This document shows positions 11,751-26,149 of a DNA stretch of 64,000 bases, one piece after another (positions within the stretch are counted from its first letter, which is position 1; every line of letters begins with the position of its first letter). The notes beneath the pieces are model-generated. The model worked only from the letters and a program-made list of their open reading frames with translations. It did no database searches and was not told where the DNA came from. The DNA comes from Octopus vulgaris (Eukaryota), in contig OX597837.1 of NCBI GenBank assembly GCA_951406725.2, forward strand, positions 42,284,001 to 42,348,000. Direction: 5' to 3'. The translations under genes were made by a program, and so were the position numbers.

Positions 11751-12604
11751 GTTAAATTGTAGTTGTCAGACAGAATGCACGAAGACTTGTCTCCCTTCCA
11801 TTGAGATAGCATTAAAAAGGAAACCCATAAATGTGAGAGGAAATCTATACTAATTCCAGATACAGGAATGCCAAACCCATTATAGCAGAGCTCCAGCATG
11901 GCCATAACAATGATGGCTATAATACTTAAAGAAAGCCATAATGTTAAAGTAAATCTGTATTACTTCTAAAACAAGAGAAATTGATTAAATATTAATTAAC
12001 AGATAACACTATAAATTCTAAGGAAAATATCTTCTTTTTGTAAACCGAAGGCCATGTATGAGTGTAGGAAAGCAAGTCTCATCCCATAAAGGTATGAAAA
12101 TAGTATCAACTGTTTTATTATTCATTTTCTTTTCTTTATTGTTCAGCATCCATTTTTTTGCATGCATTTCCATTAGAGAAATTGTTTTTACAGTTGGATG
12201 CTTTTCCTGGACCATAAAATAGAAGAGAAACCAGTTTTTTGCTTGTTTTTTTTTTTTTTCTCTTTTTTCTTTTTTTTTTTTTTGTTGGTTTTTTTCCATT
12301 GTTGTCTCTTTTTCAAAAGCACAACACAACCTGCTGCAATATGTGAAATGATATCCTCCACCACCACTGCTGCTGCCACTGCCACTAGCATCAATAAAAG
12401 GTCATTAGTCCAGCACCCTGGTCTCACAACCAATCTCCTAGACATTTTTTAGATCCAGATATTAATCAATGTGGCTCAATGAAAAAAAAAAAAAATGTAC
12501 AGTGTCTTAACAAAAATAAAGTACAAACGTCCTTCTCCTTTTTCACTCTCTCAGTTTTACTGAGATAAAAATTCCTCTGTTCAAGGACAAACTGTCTTTA
12601 ATTC

Positions 12605-12970
12605 TTTTACTTGTTTCAGTCATTTGACCGAAGCCATACTAGGCCGGCCACCGTATGAATTTTTAGTTGAATGGATCAACATCAGTACTTATTTCAGCTT
12701 GGTACTCATTTTATTGGTCCCTTTTGCCAAACTGCTAAGTTACTCAAATGCAAACACCGGTTGTCAAGTGGTAGTGATGGGACAAACACAGACACAAAGA
12801 CACACACATGCTCACAGGAATGGACTTCTTTCAGTTTCCATCTACCAAATCCACTCACAAAGCTTTGGCTGGTTCGAGGCTATACTAGAAGACACTTGCC
12901 CAAGGTGTCTCCACACTGGGACTGAATCTGGAACCATGTGGTTGGGAAGCAAGCTTCTTACCACACAGCC
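12605..12970 (-). mobile_element. SINE family 1, decayed
   Basis: Reverse-complement match to family 1 along its length. Confidence 0.8.
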
Positions 12971-13019
12971 AGACCAAGGATATAATCAACCAGGAATTTA
13001 GCTTCATAAACTAATCCTT

Positions 13020-13400
13020 TGGCCAAGCAGTAACTTCAGAATCTTTTCACATTATGTTTGACCATCACTGAGGTAAAGTTCTTGCAGCAAAAGTAGCTTC
13101 TACTGAATATTCCATAGTGCCTGCACTCTCCAGGAAAATACTTAGACACAAAGTACAGTAATCTCTTTGGCTACATCTGTCTTTATTCATTATTCATTTT
13201 GAAAGGCAGGTTAAACCACAGAACTTTTCTGGTCTTCATTCTATAACATCTGTTCAGGGCAACAGAAAATTGCTTCAAGACAAGATTTAATCTACACAAA
13301 AATTCATTAAGACATCCAGAAAGCAGGTCCTTAATGAGTGTCAAAATACGTTTGACCACTGAATTTGGTTTGGCTCCTTTCAAGATACAGTGGTCAATTT
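13020..13400 (-). pseudogene. Penelope-like element ORF relic (RT thumb to linker region)
   Basis: Minus-strand translation across frameshifts gives ALNRCY..RKVLWFNLPF..IKTDVAK..LLYFVSKYFP....YGIFSR..SYFCCKN...VMVKHN, resembling the PLE motif run RKxxWFNPPFS..KTNxG..FLxLxxKHFP...KIFNR...SYSCxxN..IIxxHN. Confidence 0.7.
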
Positions 13401-13462
13401 TAGAAAGAGCAAACTAATACCAAAATGGCTCTTACAATAAGTGTATCAGACGTCTCTTATGT

Positions 13463-13688
13463 TTAACCCTTTAGTGTTTAAACCGGCCACATCTGGCCCA
13501 ATATATTCTACATGTTTTATATTTGAATTCTGCCATATCTAGCCTCTCACACCTAACCTACAATGTCATTAAAAAAATAATCACATCATTGAAACCTCAA
13601 AGCTATAAGATAATGCATGATTAATTCAAAACAATTTGAGTGAAAAATTATTACATTTAACAGAGTAATCTGAACATTAAAGGGTTAA
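13463..13688. mobile_element. piggyBac-type (TTAA) MITE, family 1
   Basis: TTAA-CCCTTTA...TAAAGGG-TTAA; copies at 31981, 51441, 56311 and 63345. Confidence 0.85.
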
Positions 13689-13914
13689 GTTTGCATGTTA
13701 AGACAAGCTTGTTATGTTTAAGGGGGAAATATTTTTTCCAGTCTGAGATTAGCTTTAAACCATAAATCTGAATTTTTGAACTGCTGCAGAAATTCGATTT
13801 TTTTTTGTTTGTTCAGAGGCCACCTCTACTGAATCAATGATGTTCATAGTTATTTCGTAGGTATTTCTCTCTCTCACCAATTGTTACTGCTATCGTAATT
13901 ATTTGGAATATATT

Positions 13915-14249
13915 GAAACTGGTTGGGGTTAGGAAAGGCATCCAAATGTAGAAACAGAGTCAAGATTAAGACAATGGAACAAGAGACAGTCACTCCACAC
14001 ACTGGAACTTGTTGAGCCATCCTACCCATGCCAGCATTGAATATGGACATAGAACGATGACAACGATGGCGTGTGAGAATGTGCGTGTGCGTGTATATAT
14101 ATATGTGTGTGTATGTAAATATATATATCCAGTCATAGAAACATTGCCAGATCAAACTGGGCCTGGTGCAGCCTTCCGGCTTCCCAGACCCCAGTTGAAC
14201 CACCCAACTCATGCTAGCATGGAAAGCGGACGCTAAACGATGATGATGA

Positions 14250-14252
<3 letters not shown>
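13915..14252 (+). mobile_element. Two RTE-like 3' tail fragments
   Basis: ttaggaaaggcatcca...ccatgccagcat and ...catgctagcatggaaagcggacgctaaacgatgatgatg. Confidence 0.7.
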
Positions 14253-14296
<44 letters not shown>

Positions 14297-14391
14297 TACA
14301 TACAAATATATATATATATATATACATACATACATATATATATATATACACACACACACACATACATACAAATATATATATACACACGTAC

Positions 14392-14422
<31 letters not shown>

Positions 14423-16575
14423 TATATATATATACACACACACACACACATACATACATATACATACATATATACACACACGTACATACACATATTTAAT
14501 GATTATAAGTGAACATGATATATGCACATGTCATATCTATTTGAAGTGTCAATGTACATAAGAATATGTGAGAATGAAGTGGAAGTAAGAATGAATAATG
14601 TATCACCAAGGTTCTTAGAATGGGAACCCCATCAAGATGCTGCTGCAAATTGCAATGCACTGGTTGTATTCGGTTTTGTAATTGGTATGGTGCCTTTAAA
14701 GGAGGAAAGGAAGGAAACGTGCTGACTTTTCCAAAGCTATCTCAACCAGATACCAAATATAGTTAAGCCGAAGAAGCTTGCTTAAGGATCAATTTAAAAG
14801 GTGCCATTCACTTCAAATATAAATGCATCTTTTGTAACTGTTGAAACATGAAGCTGCGTCACTTTACAATAGTGTATTATCCGACCACGTGTGTTTGCAT
14901 GGATGTACATTATTCGCATGTGCATGTTTGCGTCCATGCATGTGTGCACATGCATTTGCATGTGTGTTGTGTGCAGGTGCAAGCACATGCACACAAATAT
15001 ACACAAATGCATATTCACATATGCATATATGCTAAAGTGCATTGAAATCCATTTATTTCTTTCAATGTAGTGTGTGGGTTGGATGGTTGTCCAAATTTAG
15101 ATATTCGACAAAAGAAACAATTTGAAATTGAAATTGTATCAATGAAATCATATATCAATGTAAGAAATAGTTATTTGCGACATTGTTGTGCAGTATGCAA
15201 ATATTGCAAATAGATTTGCATATTGAGTCAGTAAGATGTCAGATTACCAGTGGAAGGTTCAACAGTTTGCACACTGTCTTTGACACTAAGCAACGGTTCA
15301 GTTCACATATTTAATAAATAGGAACCACTGCAGACAGATAGAACACAATAAACATCATCATCGTTTTAACATCCACTTTTCTATGCTTGCATGGTCAGAC
15401 AGAGTTTATTGTGGCAGATTTGTCTATGGCTGGATGCTCTCTCTGTCACCAACCCTCACCTTGTTTCCAAGCAAGGTAATATTTCCTCATGGCCAAACAT
15501 GTTTATGCAGAATATTTGAAATGAATGACAAAGCTTACATGAAAATCACAATCATTTACAACTATGATGCAATCTCAGATAACGAGGTACACACACACAC
15601 ACACACTTTTTATACGGTAGAAGTTAACACGTGGCCAAGTAAGACCACTTCCTAAACTTTCAAACATTGAGTTGAAGTTCCTGCATGAATTTGCTCCGAG
15701 TGGCTAAAGTGTTTCCCAGCACTGGGCCCACTTCCCAGTGCAATCAGTTACAAAACCAGTGGCCGAGCAAATGCTGAGATAACAAGAAGCCAACTACACA
15801 TGAGGTCTACCTTCAATAGTTTCTGTCTACTAAATCCACTCACAAGTCTTTGATCAGTGTGAGGCTATAGGTAGAAAATACATGTCCAATTAATTAGTGG
15901 CTACAGGTAATTAGTGACTGGTGAGTCACTCAGTGAAACTCAAAATAAATAGCCCAATATTACACTGATATAACAGTGATTTCTGGCTGACACAGATACA
16001 AGGACATATACCACTGACACCACCAGCATTCAGTACCTGCAATTTGTTTTCCCACGCTAGCATGAGCAGGATGGGTTGACAGAGTTCAAGTCAATTCTTA
16101 TGCGGAGTCACTGTCCACCTGGATGAGTTGAAGGACCATCTCTCTCTCTCTCTCATTTGTAAGTTTAATTTTTGGTTTAGTTTCTATGGTTGGATATGTT
16201 TCCTAACACCAAACCCTTTATAGAGTGTAAAAACAGGGAGTATTTTATATCATGGCCTCAGCACAATAAAAGCTATATTCCCAAGTCTAAAGGGTCCACT
16301 TGACCCTTCACTGACACTGATACATTGTCTTAATGTTCACTTTTTCCATGCTTGTACAGGTTACATAGAATATTCTGAGGAGGATTTTCTATTGCTGGAT
16401 GCCCTTCCTGTCACTAACCTTCACCTGTTTCCAAGCAACACAATGTTTCTCCACGGCCAAACATGTTTTTGCATAGAAGACTGGAAAGAACATCACCTTT
16501 AATGATGGTGGCACTCAATTACAACCATCACATGAAGTCAAGACAAGGGGAACACTCAAATACATCCACATCCAT

Positions 16576-16726
16576 CTGAGTTTCGGATGCCGAGATGGAA
16601 ATCCGAAACTCGGAGTTTTATCATGGCTACCGAATAATTGTCACATATTATTTTACAGATAAATTCCTCTATTTACATAATATCGAGGTCTCTTTCATTC
16701 TTTTGTTGTCTTACCATTTCTATCAA
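16576..16726 (+). mobile_element. Family A Penelope-like element, 5'-truncated with a short inversion
   Basis: 16601-16726 matches 3710-3836; 16576-16604 is an inverted piece joined through ATCC microhomology; ends in (TA)n. Confidence 0.8.
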
Positions 16727-16804
16727 TAATATATATATATATATATATATATACTATATATATATATATACATACACACACACACATGCATGCATATATA
16801 CATG

Positions 16805-17190
16805 ACTAGCAGTATCGCCCGGCGTTGCTCAGGTTTGTAAGGGAAATAACTATAAAGCATTTTTAGAGAGTTATAGCCAAAAAATAGCAAAAAAATGGGA
16901 AAAAAATGATGGTAAATTTTTTTTGAGAGTTAAAAAAGGTGGAGTTGCGTCCCCTAGACGGTCTGTGGTTTGGGTTTCTGATTCTCGACCCCATGTCGAA
17001 TTTATCGATTTTTTTCAGAACTGGGGGAACTTTTCAAAATTTTCGCTGCGTTAGTTTTGAATTATGACATTGGGCTATGTGTGTGTCAAGTTTCATCAGA
17101 ATCGGTTGAAAGCCGTGGTCGGAGTGAGGGTACGAGAAAACAGACACACAGAAAACGCACAGACAAACTGCCGTTTATATAGAGAGAGAT
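16805..17190. mobile_element. Non-autonomous Helentron-type (HINE/DINE-like) element
   Basis: actag...cccggcgttgctcagg GC hairpin near one end; aagtttcatcagaatcggt core; (cagaca)n microsatellite; tttatatagagagagat terminus. Confidence 0.65.
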
Positions 17191-17410
17191 AGGCAGAAAC
17201 GTTAGCGCACCGGGCAAAATGCTTAGCGGTATTTCGTCTGTCGTTATGTTCTGGGTTCAAATTCCTCCGAGGTCGACTTTGCCTTTCATACTTTCGGGGT
17301 CGATAAATTAAGTACCAGTTACGCACTGGGGTCGATGTAATCGACTTAATCCCTTTGTCTATCCTTGTTTGTCCCCTCTATGTTTAGCCCCTTGTGGGTA
17401 GTAAAGAAAT
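17191..17410 (+). mobile_element. SINE family 2
   Basis: ggcagaaacgttagc...gggttcaaattcc...gcctttcat.ctttcggggtcgataaattaagtaccag...agccccttgtgggtagtaaagaaat. Confidence 0.9.
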
Positions 17411-18672
17411 ATATATGCATGATAGGCTTCTTTCAGTTTCCATCTACGAAATTCACTAACTCGGCCTTGGTTGGTTCAGAGTTATAGTAGAAGTCACTTA
17501 CCCAAGGTGTCATGAAGTAGGATTGAAACCGAGATATAATGGTTGGGAAGTAAGCATCTCGAGAACACGGCCAAAACAGTGCCTATATACACACACAAGA
17601 TGAGATTCCGCACACTTTTGTTTATCAAATTTCACATTAAATTTCAGGCACTGCAAAAAGATATGAGCCCAAATGGTTTGTATGGTTGCACAGTAAGATC
17701 AAAACCAGAATATTTTTGTTGCAGAGTAGTAAACTTTTGAACAGCACAATTACTCCTGATAAGGTTGCCATTGGCCTGTCATACTGAACTTGGCCTAATC
17801 TTACGAAGTATAGCTTGGAAAGAGCTACACGCTCGGCTTTCTGATTTCTATGTAACTCAAGTCAGTAGGGTTAAATAAATTTAGCTACTGATAGATGTAT
17901 ATGATTAGAAAAAGTAATTCAATTGACTTCCTATATATCATACTTGCTTGAGACAAATAAATATTGACTGTTTCATGTGAAACCTAAGATTTATAAATCT
18001 TATGGTGGAAGCAAGACTGAAGGAGGTGGGTGAAAGTGCAGGGGCAAAATAAGAATTTATGACATTCAATATTTTTCCATGGGACTTAATAACTGAAGTG
18101 ATACAGTTGCAGCTTACATGAACCCAGGTCACTGACTAAACTGATAAACTACTAAATTGATAACTCTGGCATGTGGCCAGCAATACTAATGCGAAAGAAT
18201 AATCAATTAGATCAACCCCAGAGCTCAGTCGGTACTTGCTAATCATTGACCTTAAAAGACTGAAAGGTGATGTTGACTTTCAGTGGAATTTGAACTCGGA
18301 TCGTAAATAGCAGGAAGAAACTGCTGCTAACCACCAAACATGTGCTAATGATTCAACAGCTTGCCACTACTGACCACCACCACCAACAAAAACAACAACA
18401 ACGATTCTTTCAACAACAGTCAAAGGCTCTGAAATTGTTGGGGGTGGGGTGCGGGAAGAGGGGGAGGTTGATCACATCAGCCTCAGTGCTCAACTAGTAC
18501 TTATATATCTAATTGACCCTAAAAGACTGAAAGGTGAAGTTGACTTTAATGGAATTTGAACTTGGATCATAAATAGCAGGAAGAAATGTCACTAAGCACG
18601 TGCTAATGATTCTGACAGCTCTCTGCCTTAATAATACTAATAATATATATATATATATATATACAAATTATA

Positions 18673-19279
18673 GGCATAGGAGTGGCTGTGTGGTAAGTAG
18701 CTTGCTAACAAACCACGTGGTTCCGGGTTCAGTCCCACTGCATGGCACCTTGGTCAAGTGTCTTCTACTATAGCCTCGGGCCGACCAAAGCCTTGTGAGT
18801 TGATTTGGTATACAGAAACTGAAAGAAACCCATTGTATCATCGTTTAATGTCCGTTCTCCATGCTAGCATGGGTTGGACGGTTCGACCGGGGATCTGGGA
18901 AGCCAGAGGGCTGCACCAGGCTCCGGTCTTATCTGGCAATGTTTCTACAGCTGGATGCCCTTCCTAACACCAACCACTCTGTGAGTGTAGTAGGTGCTTT
19001 TTACGTGCCACCTGCACTGGTGCCAGGCGAGGCTGGCATTTTACATGCCACCTGCACGGAAGCCAGTCGAGGCAGCACTGGTGTATGTATTTGTCCCCCA
19101 ACATTGCTTGACAACTGATGCTGGTGTGTTTACGTCCCCATAACAGTGGTTCAGCAAAAGAGACCGATAGAATAAGTACTAGGCTTACAAAGAATAAGTC
19201 CTGGGGGTCGATTTGCTCGACTAAAGGCGGTGCCCCAGCACGGCCACAGTCAAATGACCGAAACAATAAAACAATAAAA
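18673..19279 (+). mobile_element. SINE family 1 split by an antisense RTE-like tail (18838-19081)
   Basis: The 5' half ends at gaaagaaaccc, an RTE tail replaces the internal microsatellite, and the 3' half resumes at about 19082. Confidence 0.85.
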
Positions 19280-19641
19280 AATACACACACACACACACAC
19301 ACACATATATTTATCTTATAATGATGACTACAGCATAGCTCATGTCTCACGTGTTAGTCACGGTGCATTAAGAAAGTAGTGAGCAAACCAATGGATGAGT
19401 TCTTTCTCATTCTTCTCTCTCTCTCTCTCTCTCTCTCTCTGTGAAAATTTCGAAACCATTCAAGTTGTTATTAATCCTTTTGTGACAATAATTTTTAATG
19501 AAATACACTTCCTATGTGTTTAAATTATTTAAAAATAATCGAGAGTTTAGAAGGATTATGAAAAATAACTGACTTCTTCGTTATTAATCTGCTGTTTGGA
19601 ACATAACTCAACAAAAGGTTTGTGCATGGAGTTATGATGGA

Positions 19642-19805
19642 GGCGTCGGAGTGGTTGTGTGGTAAGTAGCTTGCTTACGAACCACATGGTTCCGGGTTCA
19701 GTCCCACTGCGTGGCACCTTGGGCAAGTGTCTTCTGCTATAGCCCGGGCCGACCAAAGTCTTGTGAGTGGATTTGGTAGATGGAAACTGAAAGAAGCCTG
19801 TCGTA

Positions 19806-19866
<61 letters not shown>

Positions 19867-20068
19867 CTGTGTTTGTCCCCCTAGCATTGCTTGACAACCG
19901 ATGCTGGTGTGTTTACGTCCCCATCACTTAGCGGTTCGGCAAAAGAGACCGATAGAATAAGTACTGGGCTTACAAAAGAATAAGTCCTGGGGTCGAGTTA
20001 TTCGACTAAAGGTGGTGCTCCAACATGGCCGCAGTCAAATGACTGAAACAAGTAATAGAGTAAAAGAG
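19642..20068 (+). mobile_element. SINE family 1, full length
   Basis: Matches 8236-8647, with a longer internal (TA)n. Confidence 0.92.
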
Positions 20069-20269
20069 AGCTTAAGTTTAAATATGAACATATTGAAATG
20101 GAATCTTTCAGATTGTTAAGGCAGCGGTGGTCATGGGTGGCACCTTGGGCAAGTGTCTTCTACTATAGCTCCAGGTTGAACAAAGCCTTGTGAGTGGATT
20201 TGGATAGACGGAAACTGAAAGAAGCCTGTTGTATATATGTGTGTGTATGTGTTTGTGTGTATATGTGTT

Positions 20270-20530
20270 GTGTGTGTGTGTGAGGGTGTGTGTGTGAGGG
20301 GGGTGAGGATGTGTGTGAGGGTGTGTGTGTCTGAGAGGGTGTGCATGTGTGTGAGGGTGTGTGTGTGTGTGAGGGTGTGTGTGTGTGAGGGTGTGTGTGT
20401 GTGTGTGAGGGTGTGTTGTGAGGGTGTGTGTGTGTGAGAGAGAGTGTGTGTGTGTGTGTGAGGGTGTGTGTGTGTGAGGGTGTGTGAAGGTGTGTGTGTG
20501 TGAGGGTGTGTGTGTGTGTATGTGAGGGTG
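20270..20530 (+). repeat. (TG)nAGGG compound microsatellite
   Basis: Repeated tgtgtgaggg units grown from the internal microsatellite of a SINE1 fragment (20137-20250). Confidence 0.9.
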
Positions 20531-22544
20531 TCTCTCTCATACCATGTCTTGATATAGTGTGATTGCAGTAAATGAATGGAAGATGATGACGATGAATGGA
20601 CACCATGTAAACTAACACGTTTTGAGACTGAGACTAACCATACAAATCTCTATCTGACCGCAGTATTCCAAAATTGATATTCACTAGTGCTATATGGACA
20701 ATAAGAACATTTTTGTTTCCAATAGTAACAATTCCAAAGTTGGGAAAATAAAACAAAGGACAACCACCTCAACAAAGTTTAACAATTTCACATAAAAATA
20801 GCTCTGATAAGAAAAGAAAAGCCAGAAACACAACTTCTGAATTTTTGTTGAATTTCTTCAGGGACATCTTATTTAAAAATAATTTCATAAGTCATAACCA
20901 CATTTCAGAATATAATTAGAATCTTTTTGAAAGAATTAAAATATTTAAAACAACTGATAATTACATTCTGCTGTTAAGAAATTTCAAATATTTCAATATT
21001 TTTTTTTTTTTAGTGTTTTTACCTCATGTTTAAGAAATATTTTAATCAATCATTCTCTTCAAAGAAAAATTGTTTTCCAATTCTTTTTATTAAACCATTA
21101 TTCAATAATGAAAGCTGTACATCACAACAGAGGAAGCAGGTGTTATGTAAAAGCGTCGATGGGGTTTCTTGTAGCTGTGATAAAATAAGGAAAAATTATC
21201 TTAAAATATCTGAGCTTAAGACTGGTTTCCAGTCTATATTTTAACATTATAAGACCTTTAACTGCCTACATATTTCTATCTATTTGTTTGTTCAAAGACA
21301 AGAATATATTCACCGTAAAAAGGAAAATGAAAGATAAAGAATTAAAAAAGAAAGAATGGTTCTTTACTATTTACAAATTAGCGTTATATAAAAAGCATGA
21401 AATCCTATGAAACTCCACCAAGTTCAGCTTGATTCATCGCAAAGAGGAAGCAGGGGTAGGAGAGAAAAAAACAAAAAATCTAACCAACCAACAAACCAGC
21501 CAGCCAGCCAACCAACCAACCGACCGACCAGTCAGCCAACCAACCAAAACTTATGGAATTAATGGCAGTAATAAGAAGCCAAACAATATTCATGATGTGA
21601 TAGACAGCCACAATTCTTGAAATATTATTCTCCAGATTACCTCATATTGTTTTTAACATAACCAAAAATAGTTTTATACAAAAGAGGGGAAAGAAAAAAA
21701 ATTAAAGCAAAAAATAGGGAAAAGAACAAAAATAAAGCAATGTAAAATAATAAAAAAAAGAAGAGAGAGAATAACAGAAAAAGCCCTAAAAAATATATGA
21801 ATAGAATCACACAAATTTTTGTGAATTTTATTTCCGAGCTGGAGATGGTGGCTCTGGAAATAGTTTTATAAAGCATTCTAAAAGGAGACCCCAAGATCTT
21901 CATAAAATTTCAACATAGATCAACAAATCCATTGATTCGCTATGAAAACTGGTGAAATAAATTTAAACATCTGTTGTCTACAAACATTAATGCTATTTTT
22001 AAACTTTAAGAGGGAAAATTTGGTGTTGTGGAAGAGAAATACCAGGAGAGGGGGGGAAAAGCGAGATAGAGAGAGAAATAGATATACTGGGGAATAAATA
22101 GAAGAAAATGAAAAGAGTCAGCAAAATAAGATAGTTTTATTTTTTTTTCTCTACTTTCTTTTTTTTTTACATAAATTTTTTGTCCCCCAACACAATTTTG
22201 TCTTTTTTTTTTCTTTTTTTTTTCAATTTAGACAAGCTGAAATACGGGAATAAAAATATTTAATATGAAAGATGCTGTAACATTCCTTGTTGTGGCGAAC
22301 ACTTTTCAGCGTCAATGCACAGATATTGCTGCTGCAGTTTGAACAAAAGAGATTATGATGCATTGAAAACAAAATATTCAGAGGGACTACATACATAACA
22401 CAACAAGATAAAAAAAAAAACCCTTAAAGACAGACAAACATACATACATATATGTATGTCTGTCAGTACACATATATGTGTGTGTGTATATATATATATA
22501 TGTGCATGATACACACATTTTATTTTTATATTGCATAAACATTA

Positions 22545-23030
22545 TGCATGCACATAAACATATGCATACATATATACACAACCATACATATGCATACATG
22601 TATATATATACACAAACATACATATGCATACATGTATATATATATATACACACAAACATAAATATGCATACATGTATATATATATATACACACAAACATA
22701 AATATGCATACATGTATATATATATATATATATACACAAACATAAATATGCATACATGTATATATACACACAAACATAAATATGCATACATGTATATATA
22801 TATACACACAAACATAAATATGCATACATGTATATATACACACAAACATAAATATGCATACATGTATATATATATATATATATACACAAACATACATATG
22901 CATACATGTATATATATACACAAACATACATATGCATACATGTATATATATATACACACAAACATAAATATGCATACATGTATATATATACACAAACATA
23001 AATATGCATACATACATACATACATACATA
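22545..23030 (+). repeat. About 36-44 bp minisatellite (cacaaacataaatatgcatacatg(ta)n)
   Basis: About 12 units with a fixed core and variable TA/CA length. Confidence 0.9.
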
Positions 23031-23679
23031 CATATGCACATAGACATACATACATACATATAACATATATCTATATATGTATGTATATAAATGTGTGTGT
23101 ATGTATTTATATACCCTAAACAAAACTGTAAATAAAAATGACAAAAAAAAAACAAAAACAAAACAAACAACCACCTCATTGAAGCTCCTATCCTTAGCAG
23201 AAAGCTAATTGGAGATTTTTATCCAAATTGAAATACACACACATCCATCCATCCATCCATCCATCCATCCACCTATCCATACATGTCTATACATGTAAAT
23301 ACACACACACACAAACACACATGTAAATAGATATAAATAAGATAACAAATAAAGTTAGAAATTCAATCAGAAATTTACTTCTTGTATATTTTTCAAATTG
23401 TTTACTTTTGTTTTTCTTGCTTGTATGTTTTTTTTGTTCTTTTTTTTATTTAATTTATTGTTATTTTTTTTAATGTTGTAAAATAAAATCTTTGTTGGTT
23501 GTTGTTATTGTTGTTTTTTAACTCAGTTTTGCAGTTTAACATTTATTATTTCTCATACATAATGCATCGAGTTGATTCTGAATCAGAAACTATCAGTTAT
23601 AGTCAGTGCTTACAATGTGGAAAACCGTTGTTCATTAGAGGAGGTGACGGTGGCGGCGCTGGAAGTGTAATGTGATGCA

Positions 23680-23720
<41 letters not shown>

Positions 23721-23837
23721 AACACACACATACACACACGTATGCACAGGCCTCAAAGCTTGTTTCCAGGAGGATGGATATTGAATTAAAAGCGAGAAAG
23801 GGCTTTTAATACATACAGCAATGACAACAACAACAAT

Positions 23838-23874
<37 letters not shown>

Positions 23875-24628
23875 CATCTCCCTCTCTGTCTCACACACAC
23901 ATTGTTATGGTGTTCGTGGTGGTAACAATAGGGGTAAGCTGAGGTAATAGTGTATGAGTGTGGGTGGGTGGGGACGAGGGGTGAGCATAGCCATGACTTT
24001 TGAATGTAGTGGTACTCATGTATATATATATGTGTGTGTGTGTGTATGTGTATGTATATATATATATATGTATATGTATATATATATATGTGTATGTATG
24101 TATATATATGTGTGTGTGTGTATATGCGTATATATATATTTATATGTGTATATATATATATGTGTGTGTGTATATATATGTGTCTGTGTGTATATATATA
24201 TGTATGTATATATGGTATGTGTCTTCTGTATGTTATGGTGAAAGGAGAAGTAAGTGGTGATGGGTGTTGATATAATTTTGTTTGGGCAAAGAATCGGTCA
24301 TGGGGGGGGGAAGAGTGGTGGTGATGGCGGTGGCACAGACAATCTGTGAATACAGAAATGGTAAGATGATGCAATGTGTGATGTTACATTAGGGCACTAT
24401 GTAGTAGTAGTAGTAGTAGTGGTAGTAGTTGTAGTAGGGTGGGGGAGGACGGAATGTACATATGGTGTATATGTTGTTGAGTAAACCGAGTTAGCACAAC
24501 ACAAAACATTAATAAAACATTTCTGGGGGTTTTGGCCACTTACAGGGGTCAGAGTAAAGAACAGGTCATGGAAAACTGCAAAAGTCAGTAATACATGGAA
24601 GGTATACAACAACTACGCAAATACACAC

Positions 24629-24659
<31 letters not shown>

Positions 24660-24660
24660 T

Positions 24661-24719
<59 letters not shown>

Positions 24720-26149
24720 CGTTATTGCGCTTCCATGTCTGGTGGCTTTCTTTGCTAATTCAGCAGAGGATAATGCTGGCTTATTTTCACTAATATAGAG
24801 AAATAACCGAACATGCATGCAGATGCATACAAATATATGCAAACACACATACATACACACACACATAGATGTGTGTGTATGTGTGTCCACTCATTTTTAA
24901 AAGCATATCTTGCTGTTGGTTCTGGTTTGGTATAAATAACTCTTGGAGTTCATGGAAGTGGATTTCCACTGTCTTGTTCTATGAAAAGGCAGAAACGAAG
25001 CCCAGCATTTTAAAAAAGAGTGGTGAAAACCAACACTTAATCATCCTACATAAAGTTCTGATAATGGAGTACTAAATGCACACTTAGATGGGTTTGTCCT
25101 GAGCCCTAGGACTTGTAAAGCTGAAGTTTAACCCAGTTTCCATAATGCAGAAGTGACTGAGTTTACGACCCTCCCCACTGAATGGGATGCTGGTCTGTCA
25201 CAGGGTTAACTTCTCGGTTACTGCTGGAACTCATATACTAAATAAACTGGAATAATGTGGAAGTACTTGGCTCAGGAACACAATGCACTTGCCCGGTCTG
25301 GAAATTGAAACCATGATCTTGCGATCACGAGAGCAACATCCTGACCACTAGGCCACGAACCTTCACAAATATACCCTAAAAGAAAAGACAGAAAAGAAAA
25401 CAGTAGGGTGGTCACATTTAGACCGCCCTTATATTTTAGGTCTTTTCGGATGAAGGCTAAACTGTATCAGAACAGCAACAATTAGAAATTAAGCTATGAA
25501 AACTTACTTGAAAACATGTCTACGTTCAGTCATATTTTCATTTCTGAATAATCACGAGAAGAAATTAGAATGTGAAGCTATGTATAACAATTATTGTTGG
25601 TTCACTCTGGTCTTTTTTTTACCACTACTAGAGCAGCTCCTGACCCTTGGAACTTCTCATCAATTGCCACTGTTACTATGGCACATAGTAAACATTGTGC
25701 TGCCCCTGTCTCAGGTTCCCTTACTAATCACATTAACTCAGTCGCTGAGTCCTCTCTCACCATAATCTTTTCTGCTGTTGGCACAAGGTCTGAAATTTTG
25801 GGGGAGGGTGCTAGTCAATTACATCAACCCCAGTGCTCAATTGGTACTTATTTCGTCCCACCTATCCACCCAAAGGGATAAAAGGCAAAGTTGACCTCAG
25901 CGGAATTTGAACCCACAACGTAAAGACAAGCAAAATGCTGTTAAGCATTTTGTCCAAAGTGCTAACGGTTCTGCCAGTTCATTACCTTAACTCACCTACC
26001 TTGCCTAAAACGATGGCATTATGCCATCATTTTAGCATTTCCTCGTCAAATAAGACAGCAATATATGCAAGGTATACAACTACGCAAAAATTGAACACAG
26101 AATACAACTAGATAAACTGAATACAGAAGAGTTTGATTCTTATATTGGC

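Noticed and set aside
14522-14725. 67-aa ORF in unique sequence as a host exon
   Set aside because: No recognisable domain and no convincing splice-site pair.
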